Shown here: positions 32,633 to 42,604 of the stretch, piece after piece
How positions within the stretch are numbered: position 1 is the first letter of the stretch
Layout of the letters: every line of letters begins with the position of its first letter
From: Candidatus Melainabacteria bacterium
Lineage (GTDB): Bacteria > Cyanobacteriota > Vampirovibrionia > Vampirovibrionales > Vampirovibrionaceae
Assembly: GCA_050247195.1 (NCBI GenBank)
Contig: JBFWUP010000004.1
Span: forward strand, 64,537-128,536
Length of the DNA stretch: 64,000 bases
Direction: 5' to 3'
Translations under genes and position numbers: made by a program
The notes under the pieces: generated by a model
What the model saw: only the letters and a program-made list of their open reading frames with translations
What the model was told of the DNA's origin: nothing
Database searches by the model: none

Positions 32633-32659
32633 AAGTCGCCGGAACCGGCGGCTTTTTTT
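32633..32659 (+). terminator. Intrinsic terminator after ssb
   Basis: The sequence cgccgg-aa-ccggcg is followed by gcTTTTTTT. Confidence 0.5.
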
Positions 32660-33174
32660 ATGAAAAAACTTCCCTGTCTGACGATCCGTTTTGATCAAAA
32701 AGTGATCTCCGGTCGGCACGCGGGGTCAAAGGATCTACTGCATCCGGAGGAGTGGGAGCAAACCCTTGCTCGGATTGTTTGCAGAAGGGTTCACCACACA
32801 TGCGCTTTGCTGAAACATGCATGGTGATTGCGTTTTACATGCCGTTCTTTAAAAAAAGCGATCGCTTTTTCCGCTTGAATACTCTCCACCAAAAACCGGA
32901 TAAATTCGGTAACGCCCCAATTTAGGCTCAAAAAGTATTGACCTATTTCAGAATTAATGCTTCACTGAGGTATATTTTGTTTATTGATGGAAGTGTTTTT
33001 CACAACTGTCAACCCATTTTCCGGAAGCAATTTTGAAAAATGTGGAAGCAAGATATGTGGAAGTACAGTTGGAGTTGTCTGTAACGTTTAGTGAGTCAAG
33101 ATGTGTCGAATGGGTAGGAATTTTTAGGTTAGTTTAGGTTACCCCTGGATTCAGTAATGTAAGGAGTCAGAACC
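32660..33174. promoter_or_regulatory. A 500-bp AT-rich non-coding leader upstream of the H1-like gene, carrying TGGAAG direct repeats
   Basis: It is the lowest-GC non-coding stretch in the window and contains no ORF. Direct repeats atgtggaag occur at about 33042 and 33057, and tgatggaagtg at about 32988. Confidence 0.4.
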
Positions 33175-33918
33175 TTGAAAACGACTGCGAAGAAAAAACC
33201 CGCTGCGAAGAAACCCGCAGCCAAGAAAACCACCAAGAAAGTGGCCGCCAAAAAGCCCACTGCCAAGAAAATGACCACCAAGAAAGTGGCTGCCAAGAAA
33301 CCGGCTGCTAAGAAAGCAACCAAAAAAGTAGTGGCCAAAAAGCCCGCTGCTAAGAAAACCGCAGCCAAGAAGCCCGTTGCTAAAAAAGCAACCACCAAAA
33401 AAGTGACGGCCAAGAAAACCGCCGCTAAAAAACCGGCTGCTAAAAAAGCAACCACCAAAAAAGTAGTGGCCAAAAAGCCCGCTGCTAAGAAACCGGCTGC
33501 CAAGAAAGCAACCAAAAAAGTAGTGGCCAAGAAAACCGCTGCTAAGAAACCGGTTGCCAAAAAGACTGCCGTAAAAAAAAAAGTAGTCTCTAAAACCGCT
33601 GCTAAAAAGCCACTCGCAAAAAAAAAAGTAGTGGCCAAAAAGCGCTCGGCTAATACGAAAACTGCCAGTAAAGCGGCAAAACCGGTCAACACCTTGTCCT
33701 CGCGGATTAAGGCGACGATCCAGGGTTTTGTGAACGCTCACCGTCAGTTCACCGCCAACGACATTTACGTGGAACTCGCGAAAACTGTCCGCGGCGTGAA
33801 CAAGCAGTCCGTCATCACGTCGGTGCTCAAGCAGATGAAAAGCAACTTCGCCACCGTTCGGGTCACCGAACGGGCGGGTGCAGGCCCCAGACCGGTCAAA
33901 CTGTACATTCCGGCCTGA
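33175..33918 (+). CDS. Histone H1-like lysine/alanine-rich nucleoid protein (KKPAAKK repeats) with a C-terminal globular domain
   Basis: An AAGGAG Shine-Dalgarno lies 9 nt before a TTG start. The N-terminal roughly 160 aa are tandem (A/T)KKPAAKK repeats, and the last roughly 80 aa are non-repetitive. Confidence 0.7.
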   Translation: MKTTAKKKPAAKKPAAKKTTKKVAAKKPTAKKMTTKKVAAKKPAAKKATKKVVAKKPAAKKTAAKKPVAKKATTKKVTAKKTAAKKPAAKKATTKKVVAKKPAAKKPAAKKATKKVVAKKTAAKKPVAKKTAVKKKVVSKTAAKKPLAKKKVVAKKRSANTKTASKAAKPVNTLSSRIKATIQGFVNAHRQFTANDIYVELAKTVRGVNKQSVITSVLKQMKSNFATVRVTERAGAGPRPVKLYIPA

Positions 33919-33951
33919 AACTGTACGAAAAATCGAGAGCCTGTCACTTCG

Positions 33952-35874
33952 GTGGCAGGCTCTTTTTTACGGGCCGGACCCTATAATGGGAAGGTGCCCT
34001 CATCTGTAACAACCCACCCACCCCTTACGCGCGATCAGGCCGGGCGCGGGTTTGAGACGGCCCTGAAACCAGGCCGCCGTAAGCAACAAGGCCAGCACTT
34101 CACACCGGATGCCCTGTGCGACTGGATGATTGGCATAGCTGATCTCCGCCCGGGAGACCGGATCCTTGACCCGGCCTGCGGGACGGGCGCCTTTTTGCTG
34201 CGCACGCGCGCCGCGCTGGAAACCATGGGCGTGCCCACTGCCGCCATGGCCAAACAGCTGTTGGGCATGGAGCTGGACCCTGAGGCGGCCACCCTGTGCC
34301 GTCAGCAACTGGCGTTCTCTGAAAACTCGGTTTTCACCGGGGATTTTCTCACCCAGACAGTCTGGCCGGAAAACGCGATTGATGTCATTCTGGGCAACCC
34401 ACCGTATGTACGTCAGGAGATCCGCACCGGAAAAGATCACGCTCCCCGTGAGCAATGCGGGTTTGAGGATTACCTGCAGCACCACCCGGATCAGCGCCGT
34501 CTGTTCGGTCGGAGCGCCGATCTGTACATCCGCTTTCTTATTGAAGCCACCCGGTTGCTGAAACCCGGCGGGCGGCTGGTCTTTGTGCTCAGCAACAGCT
34601 GGCTGAACACGGCGCTGGGCGAACAGCTGCTCCGGTTTCTGGCGCACCATTACCAACTCGGTCAGCTGGTGGAAACCACCGCCGAAGCCTGGTTCCCCGA
34701 TGCCGCCGTACGTCCGGTCATCCTCAGCGCCACCCGCCGGCCCGGCTGGCGTAATGACTTTAAGGAAGAGACCGTTCAGTGCGTCACCCTGAGCCAACCC
34801 TTGCGCCAGCTGCTGTCGGATCCAAAGGGCCAGCCCCCCACGGGAGACACCCGGGTCGTTTCGCTCTTCGATCTGATCGGTCGTCAGCACCACCAGCCGC
34901 TGGCCAGCCGGGCCAGTTTTCTGCTGCGGTGCCCGGAGGCACTGGCCCGTGCGCTGGCAGGCATCCGTGATGGCTTCGTTCCGCTGAGTACGCTCGCCGC
35001 CGTCCGCTATCCGGTCAAAACCGGCATCAACGCGTTTTTCTACGTTACGCCGGAGATCATCCGGCAATTTGGCATTGAGCCCGACTACCTGCTGCCCGTC
35101 CTTAAGTCCGCCCGGCAGGCCAGGGGTCTTGAGCTCAATCCGGCAGAATCCCCGATCATGCTTTTTCATTGCCCGCATCCGCCCGAATTACTGAGGAAAA
35201 AAAAGCATCAAGGCGCACTGGGCTATATCCACTGGGGGCGTGGGCAACTGGCGCCGGTCCGCCAGAAGCGGGATCGGGCAGTCCCCTGGCCGGAGGTCGC
35301 CTCGGTTCAGGGGCGGCCATACTGGTACCAGGTCCCAAAGCCCAACGCGTCTCAGCTGTTCGCCCCACGCTTCGTGGACCAATCCGCACGCTTTTTGATC
35401 AGTGACACTCCCATGGTCGCCGATCAGACGTTTTACACCCTGCATCCCCAATCAACCGACCGGGTCCTGCTGGCCGCACTCCTCAACACCAGCCTGACCC
35501 GGCTGCTGCTGGCCCTGAACGGACGCACCAGCCTCGGCGATGGGGTGCTGCAGTTCAGCCGCGAGGACATCGCCCGCCTGGCCGTACCCATGCCCTGCAA
35601 CTACCCGAAAACAGAAAAACAGGCCATCATGGAAGCCTTCGGGGCCCTGGCGGCCCGGCCAGACGAGACAGCTGCCCGCCACCTGCTGGACCGGGCGGTG
35701 CTGGCGCCCCTCTTCAGACAAGACTGGCAGGACATCCAGGCGATGATTCTGGTGACGCTTGAACAGCTGACCACCGAACGGCGGCGTCTGGCGCATCAGC
35801 GAAAACGCCTCCAAAAAGAAAACGGTAACCTGCTGACGCAAATTACCGCTGAAGAGAGAAAAGAGAGCGAGTGA
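33952..35874 (+). CDS. N6-adenine-specific DNA methyltransferase (gamma class, TaqI/Eco57I-like), apparently orphan
   Basis: It carries motif I (ILDPACGTGAFLL) and motif IV (ILGNPPYV). The 640-aa product has a long C-terminal putative TRD, and no restriction endonuclease gene lies adjacent. Confidence 0.8.
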   Translation: MAGSFLRAGPYNGKVPSSVTTHPPLTRDQAGRGFETALKPGRRKQQGQHFTPDALCDWMIGIADLRPGDRILDPACGTGAFLLRTRAALETMGVPTAAMAKQLLGMELDPEAATLCRQQLAFSENSVFTGDFLTQTVWPENAIDVILGNPPYVRQEIRTGKDHAPREQCGFEDYLQHHPDQRRLFGRSADLYIRFLIEATRLLKPGGRLVFVLSNSWLNTALGEQLLRFLAHHYQLGQLVETTAEAWFPDAAVRPVILSATRRPGWRNDFKEETVQCVTLSQPLRQLLSDPKGQPPTGDTRVVSLFDLIGRQHHQPLASRASFLLRCPEALARALAGIRDGFVPLSTLAAVRYPVKTGINAFFYVTPEIIRQFGIEPDYLLPVLKSARQARGLELNPAESPIMLFHCPHPPELLRKKKHQGALGYIHWGRGQLAPVRQKRDRAVPWPEVASVQGRPYWYQVPKPNASQLFAPRFVDQSARFLISDTPMVADQTFYTLHPQSTDRVLLAALLNTSLTRLLLALNGRTSLGDGVLQFSREDIARLAVPMPCNYPKTEKQAIMEAFGALAARPDETAARHLLDRAVLAPLFRQDWQDIQAMILVTLEQLTTERRRLAHQRKRLQKENGNLLTQITAEERKESE

Positions 35875-35893
35875 GAGTAAAACTTACGTTGGC

Positions 35894-37108
35894 TCAGGCC
35901 GCCACACTGGGGTCAATAGCCCGATCCAGATAGATTCTGGCCTTGCTGGCCATTTCCGAGGCGTCAATGGTGCCGTCGCCATTCACATCACCACCGGAAT
36001 TCTGAGTGTAGGCCGCACCATCCGCCTGGGTATAAAACGCCACTGTGGGATTGGAGGCAACATCATCCAAATAGGCCGGGGCAAACACCACCGAGTAAGT
36101 GGCCGCCAGGGAGTTAATTTTGCCTTTGGCGCCGTTGTTTTCGAAGTATTTCTCCACAAAGGGCAGCTGGCTGATCGGATCCATCGTTGACAGCGCCTCG
36201 GTCGTGGTCCCTGAACTCTCTGCCGAAGAATCCATGAACTGAATCAGACCGGTGGCGCCGCTGTCCGGGTTAGACACGTTATAAATAAATCCGGCGGATT
36301 CAAAACCCATCACGGCAAGTATAAAATCGGGATCGCCACCGAGACGGGTGGCCATGGCCTGCACTTCATTGATGAAGGTTTTCACCTGCTGGTGAATTTC
36401 CTCATCGCTGCCCAGTTGTTTTTCGGCCGGCATCCGGCTGTTGGCCTCCTTAAAGCCGTTAAAAATCCAGTCTTCCCAATGCTCGGCGGTCAGCCTGCCG
36501 TCAAACTGGTGGGCATCGCCACCGGTTGCAGTCACGTCCGGCGCAGCTAACTGATCATCTGTGCCGTCATCCTGGGCGCTGTCGGGCTTATCATTTGAGG
36601 TAGATTCATCTTTCGGGATCTGAGCCGAAAGCGCGAGAATCTGATCCAGAATGCCGCCGCCACTGCCACCACCGGCCAGCGCAGACATCCCGCCGGCAGC
36701 GGAAGGCACCCCGCCACCACTCAGCATGTTGATGGCGCCCATCAGACTGCCAATCCCGGCCGAAATCTGCTGGCTCATCTCATACAAAGCTGCTGTCGGG
36801 TCCGTCGGCATACCGGGCATCAGCGGGGGAGACGCAAACATGCCCAGCAGATCCTGAGCGACAAACAGATCCCCGGCCGGCGCTGCCGAACCGAACGCTG
36901 ACCACTCAGCCGGCAGGGATGCCTGCGCCTGCTGTACGTTCAGCATTGCCTGAACCGCCTGCGGGCACGCACCAGATTGTGGGCAACCATTGATCATGCG
37001 TCTGAACGTCACTCCATCCAGAATCCACTGACACAGCAGCGATTCAACTGACTCCAACTCCGTTGCGGTGCGCGCCCGGGGCACGCGACTGTACTCCAAC
37101 TTTCCCAT
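35894..37108 (-). CDS. Hypothetical protein with Gly-rich region, SLT-like (…ATGLIQFM…) segment and a C-terminal dockerin/EF-hand-like GDVNGDGTIDASE motif
   Basis: The call rests on motif reading only. No signal peptide was recognised. Confidence 0.35.
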   Translation of the reverse strand: MGKLEYSRVPRARTATELESVESLLCQWILDGVTFRRMINGCPQSGACPQAVQAMLNVQQAQASLPAEWSAFGSAAPAGDLFVAQDLLGMFASPPLMPGMPTDPTAALYEMSQQISAGIGSLMGAINMLSGGGVPSAAGGMSALAGGGSGGGILDQILALSAQIPKDESTSNDKPDSAQDDGTDDQLAAPDVTATGGDAHQFDGRLTAEHWEDWIFNGFKEANSRMPAEKQLGSDEEIHQQVKTFINEVQAMATRLGGDPDFILAVMGFESAGFIYNVSNPDSGATGLIQFMDSSAESSGTTTEALSTMDPISQLPFVEKYFENNGAKGKINSLAATYSVVFAPAYLDDVASNPTVAFYTQADGAAYTQNSGGDVNGDGTIDASEMASKARIYLDRAIDPSVAA

Positions 37109-37248
37109 TCCGTTACAGTAATAAAAACAGCCGCGCTACCGGAATTGCCCGACCGGGGTTCAGGGCTGTCCATTCTGTTACATGTCGCCTTCCAGATGCC
37201 CTTCCTCTATACTGACGGCAAGCCCGCCAAGCCACACCGGAGCGCCTT

Positions 37249-39225
37249 TTGCCCCTGACTGCCCCACAATCCATCCTGCTAGCCCAGCTGAACCCCACCC
37301 CCGGGGATCTGGCCGGCAACGCTCAGCTGATTCTTGAGGCGCTGCGTCACGGCGAAGAACACGGCGTCGGGCTTGTCGTCTCGCCTGAACTGGCGCTGAC
37401 CGGCTACCCCATCCTGGACGCGCTGATGCGTTTTCCGGATCTGGGTGAGCAGAATTTATTGTGGCTGGATGCCCTGGCCCGCAGAACGGGAGAAACCCAC
37501 CTGCTGGTGGGCTTCGTGGAGCCGCGCCGGGTCCAGGCAGGGGATCAGCGTATCGGCAATCCGTTTTTTAACAGCGTGGCCTGGCTGGGCGAAGGCAAGC
37601 TGCTGGGTATCATCCGCAAAAGCCTGCTGCCTTGTTACGAAGAACTGAACGACCCACGCATTTTCGAAGCGTCGCCGGCCATCGGGGTTCACCCGCCGGA
37701 CACCCTGGCCAATAGCCGGTGGGGTTTTCAGCAGCCGACCGGGTCGCCGGGCGTCGCCGTCATCCACGGCGTCCGCTACGGTGTCGTTATTTGTGAGGAC
37801 TCCTGGAACGACGATACGTTTATGGAAAACACACGGTATACGCACGATCCCAACACGGAAACCGCCGCACTGAAGCCGGATGTGATCATGAACCTGTCGG
37901 CTTCCCCCTCACGCATGCGCAAGGAACAACTCCGCCACCATATGCTCGCCCACATCGCCCGTCGGCACCGGCTGCCCCTGGTGTATGTCAACCAGGTGGG
38001 CGCCAATGATGAGATTATTTTTGACGGCGCCAGCCGGGCGTATGACGCCGACGGCGCACTCACCCACCGCGCCCGGGTCTTTGCCACCGATCGCCTCATT
38101 GTGACGCCCGCCTTGCCGGGCCGGGTGGAACCATTGCCCGAGGGTCAGGATGAAACGCTCTCGGATCCCCGGCAGTATCTTCCCGGCGATCCGCATGATC
38201 TGGGCCGGACTTACGCCGCCCTCACACTCGGCATTCGGGACTACTTCGCCAAAACCGGATTCCGTCGGGCGGTACTCGGGCTTTCCGGTGGACTGGATTC
38301 CACCGTGACCGCCGTATTGCTGGCCGATGCGCTGGGACCGGAGAATGTGCTGGGCGTCAGCATGCCGTCCACCCTCACCCCGGCCGAAAACCGGGACGAT
38401 GCCCGGCAGCTGGCTGAGAATCTGGGCATTCTGTTTGAGGAGATCCCCATTGCAGATGCCGTGGCGGCCCTGCAGACAGCCGGCCAGTCGATCAGCGGCG
38501 CTCTCAGCACACACTGGGGTGGCATGAACCCCCAATCCGCCGCACTGGAGAATGCGCAGGCCATCACCCGCGCCACAGTGTTGCGCGGCATCGGCAATGA
38601 TTATGACGCGCTGCCCATCGCCACCTCGGATAAATCGGAACTGATGATGGGCTACGCCACGGTGAACGGGGATATGTCCGGCGCCATTGCCCCACTGGCC
38701 GATGTGGTGAAAACCAAGGTGTTTGCCCTGGCCCGCTGGCTGAATGGACATCGCGAGCGCAGGAATGTCATTCCTCAGCGCATCATTGATCGCAAGCCCG
38801 GTGCAGACCTTCGCCGAAACGCGGAGACCGGAGAACTGGTGCATGCGGAAGAAGACCTGATGCCCTACCTGTTTCTCGATGAAATTATCTGGCGTGAAGA
38901 GAACATTCGCCAGACGATGAGCGACATGCTGACCGAGCGGTTTGCGTATGAAGACACCCACCCGCTTCCGTCGGAAGAAAAGCAAGCCTGGCTGGAGCGG
39001 TATTACTTCCGGCGCGACCGCCTCGGCGTCTTCAAGTGGAAGGTCGCCCCGCCGGCCCTCATTACTGACGCCCACGGCATCAACACGGCCACTTACGCGC
39101 AGTCGATCGTCACGCGCATCCACCACCCCGGCCATACACGGGCAGAGATCGAACAGATCCTGAACAGCACCGGTGCGCTGAATGCCTCTCGCCCTCTCCA
39201 TACAGGAGAGTATGCTGGGGGGTGA
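37249..39225 (+). CDS. nadE: Glutamine-dependent NAD+ synthetase (nitrilase domain plus NadE domain)
   Basis: It has an N-terminal CN-hydrolase domain and a C-terminal GLSGGLDSTV PP-loop, over 658 aa. Confidence 0.9.
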   Translation: MPLTAPQSILLAQLNPTPGDLAGNAQLILEALRHGEEHGVGLVVSPELALTGYPILDALMRFPDLGEQNLLWLDALARRTGETHLLVGFVEPRRVQAGDQRIGNPFFNSVAWLGEGKLLGIIRKSLLPCYEELNDPRIFEASPAIGVHPPDTLANSRWGFQQPTGSPGVAVIHGVRYGVVICEDSWNDDTFMENTRYTHDPNTETAALKPDVIMNLSASPSRMRKEQLRHHMLAHIARRHRLPLVYVNQVGANDEIIFDGASRAYDADGALTHRARVFATDRLIVTPALPGRVEPLPEGQDETLSDPRQYLPGDPHDLGRTYAALTLGIRDYFAKTGFRRAVLGLSGGLDSTVTAVLLADALGPENVLGVSMPSTLTPAENRDDARQLAENLGILFEEIPIADAVAALQTAGQSISGALSTHWGGMNPQSAALENAQAITRATVLRGIGNDYDALPIATSDKSELMMGYATVNGDMSGAIAPLADVVKTKVFALARWLNGHRERRNVIPQRIIDRKPGADLRRNAETGELVHAEEDLMPYLFLDEIIWREENIRQTMSDMLTERFAYEDTHPLPSEEKQAWLERYYFRRDRLGVFKWKVAPPALITDAHGINTATYAQSIVTRIHHPGHTRAEIEQILNSTGALNASRPLHTGEYAGG

Positions 39226-39230
39226 GGTTC

Positions 39231-39290
39231 CTCCGGTGGCGCCGACCTCTCCCCGCCCCTTCGGGGCGACCTTCTCCTGCAAGGAGAGGG
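39231..39290. repeat. GC-rich palindromic REP-like repeat copy
   Basis: It contains ccgcccc-ttc-ggggcg and ccttctcc-tgcaa-ggagaggg between nadE and pckA. Confidence 0.5.
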
Positions 39291-39297
39291 TAAAACA

Positions 39298-40881
39298 CTA
39301 ACTGACCGACTGAGGGACTTTCGGGCCGGCGGCCACCAGGTGATCCACACCGGAGAACTTGCGGAAGTTTTCCACAAACATCGCCGCCAGTTTGGCCGCC
39401 TGCTGATCGTAGGCTTCCTTGTCCGCCCAGCTGCTGCGCGGGTCAAGAATTCCAGCCGGCACGCCCGGGCAGGCGGTGGGCACCAGAATGTTGAAGACCG
39501 GGTGGGTCACAAATTCCTGGGCTTCCAGCGTGCCATCCAGCGCGGCAGTCACCATGGCGCGGGTATGGGGAATGCTGACACGGCTGCCCACACCATAGGG
39601 GCCACCCTGCCAACCGGTGTTAATGAGGTACACGTTGGCCTGATGTTCGGCAATGCGTTTGGCCAGCATGCCGGCGTACACGGCCGAAGGCCGGGGCATA
39701 AAGGGTTCGCCGAAACAGGTGGAGAAAGCCGCCACCGGCTCGGTGATGCCGCGCTCTGTCCCCGCCAGCTTGCTGGTGTACCCGCTGATGAAGTGATACT
39801 GTGCCTGCTCAGCTGTCAGCTTGGCGATGGGGGGCAGCACCCCGAAAGCGTCTGCGGTCAGAAAAATCACCGTGGACGGGTGGCCCGCCATCCCTTTCAC
39901 ATCCGCATTGGGAATGTAATCCACCGGGTAGCCCACGCGGGAATTTTCCGTCAGGCGGGCGTCATCGTAATCAAACGAGCCATCGGCGCGCATCACAATG
40001 TTCTCGGCCAGCGCGCCATGGCGGATGGCGTTCCAGATTTCCGGCTCGTTTTCTCTGGAGAGCTTGATGGCCTTGGCGTAACAGCCGCCCTCAAAATTAA
40101 ACACGCCGTGATCCGACCAGCCATGCTCGTCGTCGCCAATCAGCACCCGGTTGGGATCAGCGGAGAGGGTGGTCTTGCCGGTGCCGGACAACCCGAAGAA
40201 GAGAGCGGACCGACCATCTTTGCCCACATTGCATGAGCAGTGCATGGGGAAGACATTGCGCTCGGGCATCAGATAGTTCATCACCGAGAAGATGCCTTTT
40301 TTCATTTCGCCCGAGTACTGGGTGGCGGCAATGAGGACCAGTTTGCGTTCAAAGTTCAGCAGCACGGCCGCTTCGGAGTTCGTGCCTTCTTTCGCGGCAT
40401 CCAGCAGTAAATCCGGCACGGCAATCACGGTGAATTCCGGCGCGAAAGTTTTGAGCTGTTCCGCCGTGGGGCGGATAAACAACTGGTGAACAAACAGATT
40501 TTGCGAGGCCAGCGTGTTGATAAAACGGACCGGCATGGCGTACTGCGGATCGGCACCACAGTAACCGTCAAACACAAAAAGGTCTCTGTCCTGAATGTGG
40601 GCCTGAATGCGGGCATACACCCGGTCAAACACCTCGGTGCTGATGGGCTTGTTGACCTTGCCCCAGTGCACCTGATCATGCACATCCGGCGTATCCACAA
40701 TAAAACGGTCGTTGGGCGAGCGGCCGGTGTACTTGCCGGTTTCCACGGCAAGCGCGCCGTTGTCGGCCAGTCTGCCTTCGCCGCGGGTCACGGCTTCTTT
40801 CACAAGGTCATCCACGGACCACTGGTAATGCTGGGCGCCCTCATGGTTCAGGCCGAGATGGGATAAATAATGGGTAGGCAT
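39298..40881 (-). CDS. pckA: Phosphoenolpyruvate carboxykinase (ATP)
   Basis: It has a Walker A motif (GLSGTGKTTLS) and the PEPCK-ATP signature. The start was taken at MPTHYL; the ORF extends to a TTG at 40914. Confidence 0.9.
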   Translation of the reverse strand: MPTHYLSHLGLNHEGAQHYQWSVDDLVKEAVTRGEGRLADNGALAVETGKYTGRSPNDRFIVDTPDVHDQVHWGKVNKPISTEVFDRVYARIQAHIQDRDLFVFDGYCGADPQYAMPVRFINTLASQNLFVHQLFIRPTAEQLKTFAPEFTVIAVPDLLLDAAKEGTNSEAAVLLNFERKLVLIAATQYSGEMKKGIFSVMNYLMPERNVFPMHCSCNVGKDGRSALFFGLSGTGKTTLSADPNRVLIGDDEHGWSDHGVFNFEGGCYAKAIKLSRENEPEIWNAIRHGALAENIVMRADGSFDYDDARLTENSRVGYPVDYIPNADVKGMAGHPSTVIFLTADAFGVLPPIAKLTAEQAQYHFISGYTSKLAGTERGITEPVAAFSTCFGEPFMPRPSAVYAGMLAKRIAEHQANVYLINTGWQGGPYGVGSRVSIPHTRAMVTAALDGTLEAQEFVTHPVFNILVPTACPGVPAGILDPRSSWADKEAYDQQAAKLAAMFVENFRKFSGVDHLVAAGPKVPQSVS

Positions 40882-41066
40882 GGCTTGGATCTCTGTGTTT
40901 GATAAATGGATCAAAGACGCCGGCGGTCTTTCTGATGTGTGAATGCATCAAACCGGAAATGGGCGGGTCGGTGCGGGCGACACGACACATTCAAGCATAA
41001 ACGTGGAGGCAGATAAACCCCTCAAACGGCCAATAGACGGGCTTTACTCCCTCCCACCCCGCCGGA

Positions 41067-41438
41067 TCAGGCCAGAATATCCCGGACGGCATGCCAGCCA
41101 TGGGAATCGGCGGAAAACACTTTGGCATTGGCCTCATAGGCCCGCGTCGCCGTCATCAGGGACAACAGGTCACCCACAAGGTCTGTCTGGCTGAAGATTT
41201 CCTGATACGGATACTCCGGTACCACACTGGGGTATGTTTCCAGCGAGACGGACGTGCTGGCGACACCACCCCCCTGCAGGGTAGCGGAATCAATCCGGCC
41301 AGGGGTGTAACCCGGTGTGGTCATATTGACGATGTTGTCCGCCGCCATATCCAGTCTCAGCTGCGCATCGCGCATCCCACTGGCGCTGATCCAGCCGGCC
41401 CGCGACGCGGACGTCATCCCTGTCACCTGAGACTCCAT
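41067..41438 (-). CDS. Flagellar basal-body rod FlgB/FlgC-family protein (stand-alone)
   Basis: It has an N-terminal rod motif (ISASGMRDAQLRLDMAADNIVNMTTPGY) and a C-terminal motif (DLVGDLLSLMTATRAYEANAKV). No other flagellar genes lie within the window. Confidence 0.5.
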   Translation of the reverse strand: MESQVTGMTSASRAGWISASGMRDAQLRLDMAADNIVNMTTPGYTPGRIDSATLQGGGVASTSVSLETYPSVVPEYPYQEIFSQTDLVGDLLSLMTATRAYEANAKVFSADSHGWHAVRDILA

Positions 41439-41543
41439 ACAATACGCCCAATGCTGCTTATCGTCATTGTCGTCCTGTTGCGGATTTCCTGAAGGGGGAT
41501 TGTGACACTTGTTTACCCGCCCGCGAGGCGGTAAAGTGGGGCG

Positions 41544-41828
41544 ATGGACGTTAGCAACCCGCAGTTTGAAACCTACCGCAGCCGGTTTGAGGCGCTGGCA
41601 GACCTGGTGCCCGTGGAGCCGGGACGCCGCCCCGAAGTCAGTTCAGCGCGACACTTTCTCTGCCTTTACGGTGACAACGGCCTGAGCGCCGCCGAGGAAT
41701 TCGCCCTGCTGGATATTCTGGACACCTATTTTCACAAGGGTTTGAAGCGGATGGACGTGGAAACGTCCTACTGGCAGGACATTATTCTCTACGTGCCCGA
41801 TGATACGAAAGCGCTGCCCCAAAGCTAA
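41544..41828 (+). CDS. Hypothetical protein
   Basis: This is a 94-aa ORF with no recognised motif. Confidence 0.3.
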   Translation: MDVSNPQFETYRSRFEALADLVPVEPGRRPEVSSARHFLCLYGDNGLSAAEEFALLDILDTYFHKGLKRMDVETSYWQDIILYVPDDTKALPQS

Positions 41829-41830
41829 TA

Positions 41831-41871
41831 CCCCTCACCCCCCAACCCCCTCTCCCCAAGTGGCGAGGGGG
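41831..41871. repeat. REP-like repeat copy (cccctcaccccccaaccccctctccccaagtggcgaggggg)
   Basis: It has the same orientation and near-identical sequence to the copies at 43586 and 59543. Confidence 0.65.
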
Positions 41872-41879
41872 AAAGCCGG

Positions 41880-42487
41880 TTAATCGAGGCGGGATTCCAG
41901 ATAGAAGTTGGACCCCCTGGGGGCATTGGGGTCGTGGCCTGCCGGGGTTTCATCCAGCAGGGCGTTGGGATAAAACACATCAAAGAGATCCGGCCCGATG
42001 ATACTGCGCAGAATCCGCATGCCTTCAATGGATCCATCGTTCATGGCGGTGCGGGCGATATCGCTGAGATCCTGCAGACGCGGCTGTTCGCCCAGGTCGT
42101 CACACACTTTGCCGTAAACGGACAACAGGCCAATGGCATCGCCCAGAGAAAAGGCAAAGGCAACCAGCCCTTCCCTGGGCAGAGTGTACAGGGTACCCAC
42201 CGCGCGCTGAAGCCGGGGGTGCTGGTCATACCAGCGATCCTGGCGGGTTTTGAACTGGTAGAGCGCCTCAATGCCCGGCAGGCCGATGGAGGTGACGCCC
42301 TTCTCGTTGGCGGCATGAATCTGGCGGCGGACCTGCTCAGCGACTGAATGGACAAGATCCGCGCAGAAATCCCGGATGGTCCGTTCGCCAATATCGCGGA
42401 TCTGACGGAGCAGCTCGCTGATCGCCGTTTCCTGGTCGTACCAGCGGCGGTAATTATCCGTGAGAAAAGGCCCGGTTGGCGTGTTCA
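41880..42487 (-). CDS. Hypothetical protein
   Basis: This roughly 200-aa ORF (internal Met chosen) has no recognised motif. Confidence 0.4.
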
Positions 42488-42604
42488 TGATGGTTGGCGG
42501 CTGCCCTTCCCAATCCCTTATGCTATGGTTACCCATTGTACCGTGCCGGCAGCACGATGCCATGCAACCGGAACGGGGCCGTCTCATTGCAAAGGAATTT
42601 TCCC

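Noticed and set aside
33129-33741. Two long minus-strand ORFs (FLAAGFLA… repeats) lie opposite the H1-like gene. A related 242-aa ORF at 9287-10015 lies opposite the RED-repeat gene.
   Set aside because: They are mirror frames of tandem repeats. The plus-strand genes have Shine-Dalgarno sequences and plausible starts.
40893-40910. The palindrome TTTGAT-AAATGG-ATCAAA lies near pckA.
   Set aside because: It overlaps the start codons (TTG/ATG) and leader of pckA. It was too short and too isolated to call an operator.
41825-42037. A small ORF ends in …SPSPLGERGLGGEGY, and similar PLSPRGEGE-ending ORFs occur at 59382-59618.
   Set aside because: These are translations of the GC-rich REP-like repeat and not genes.
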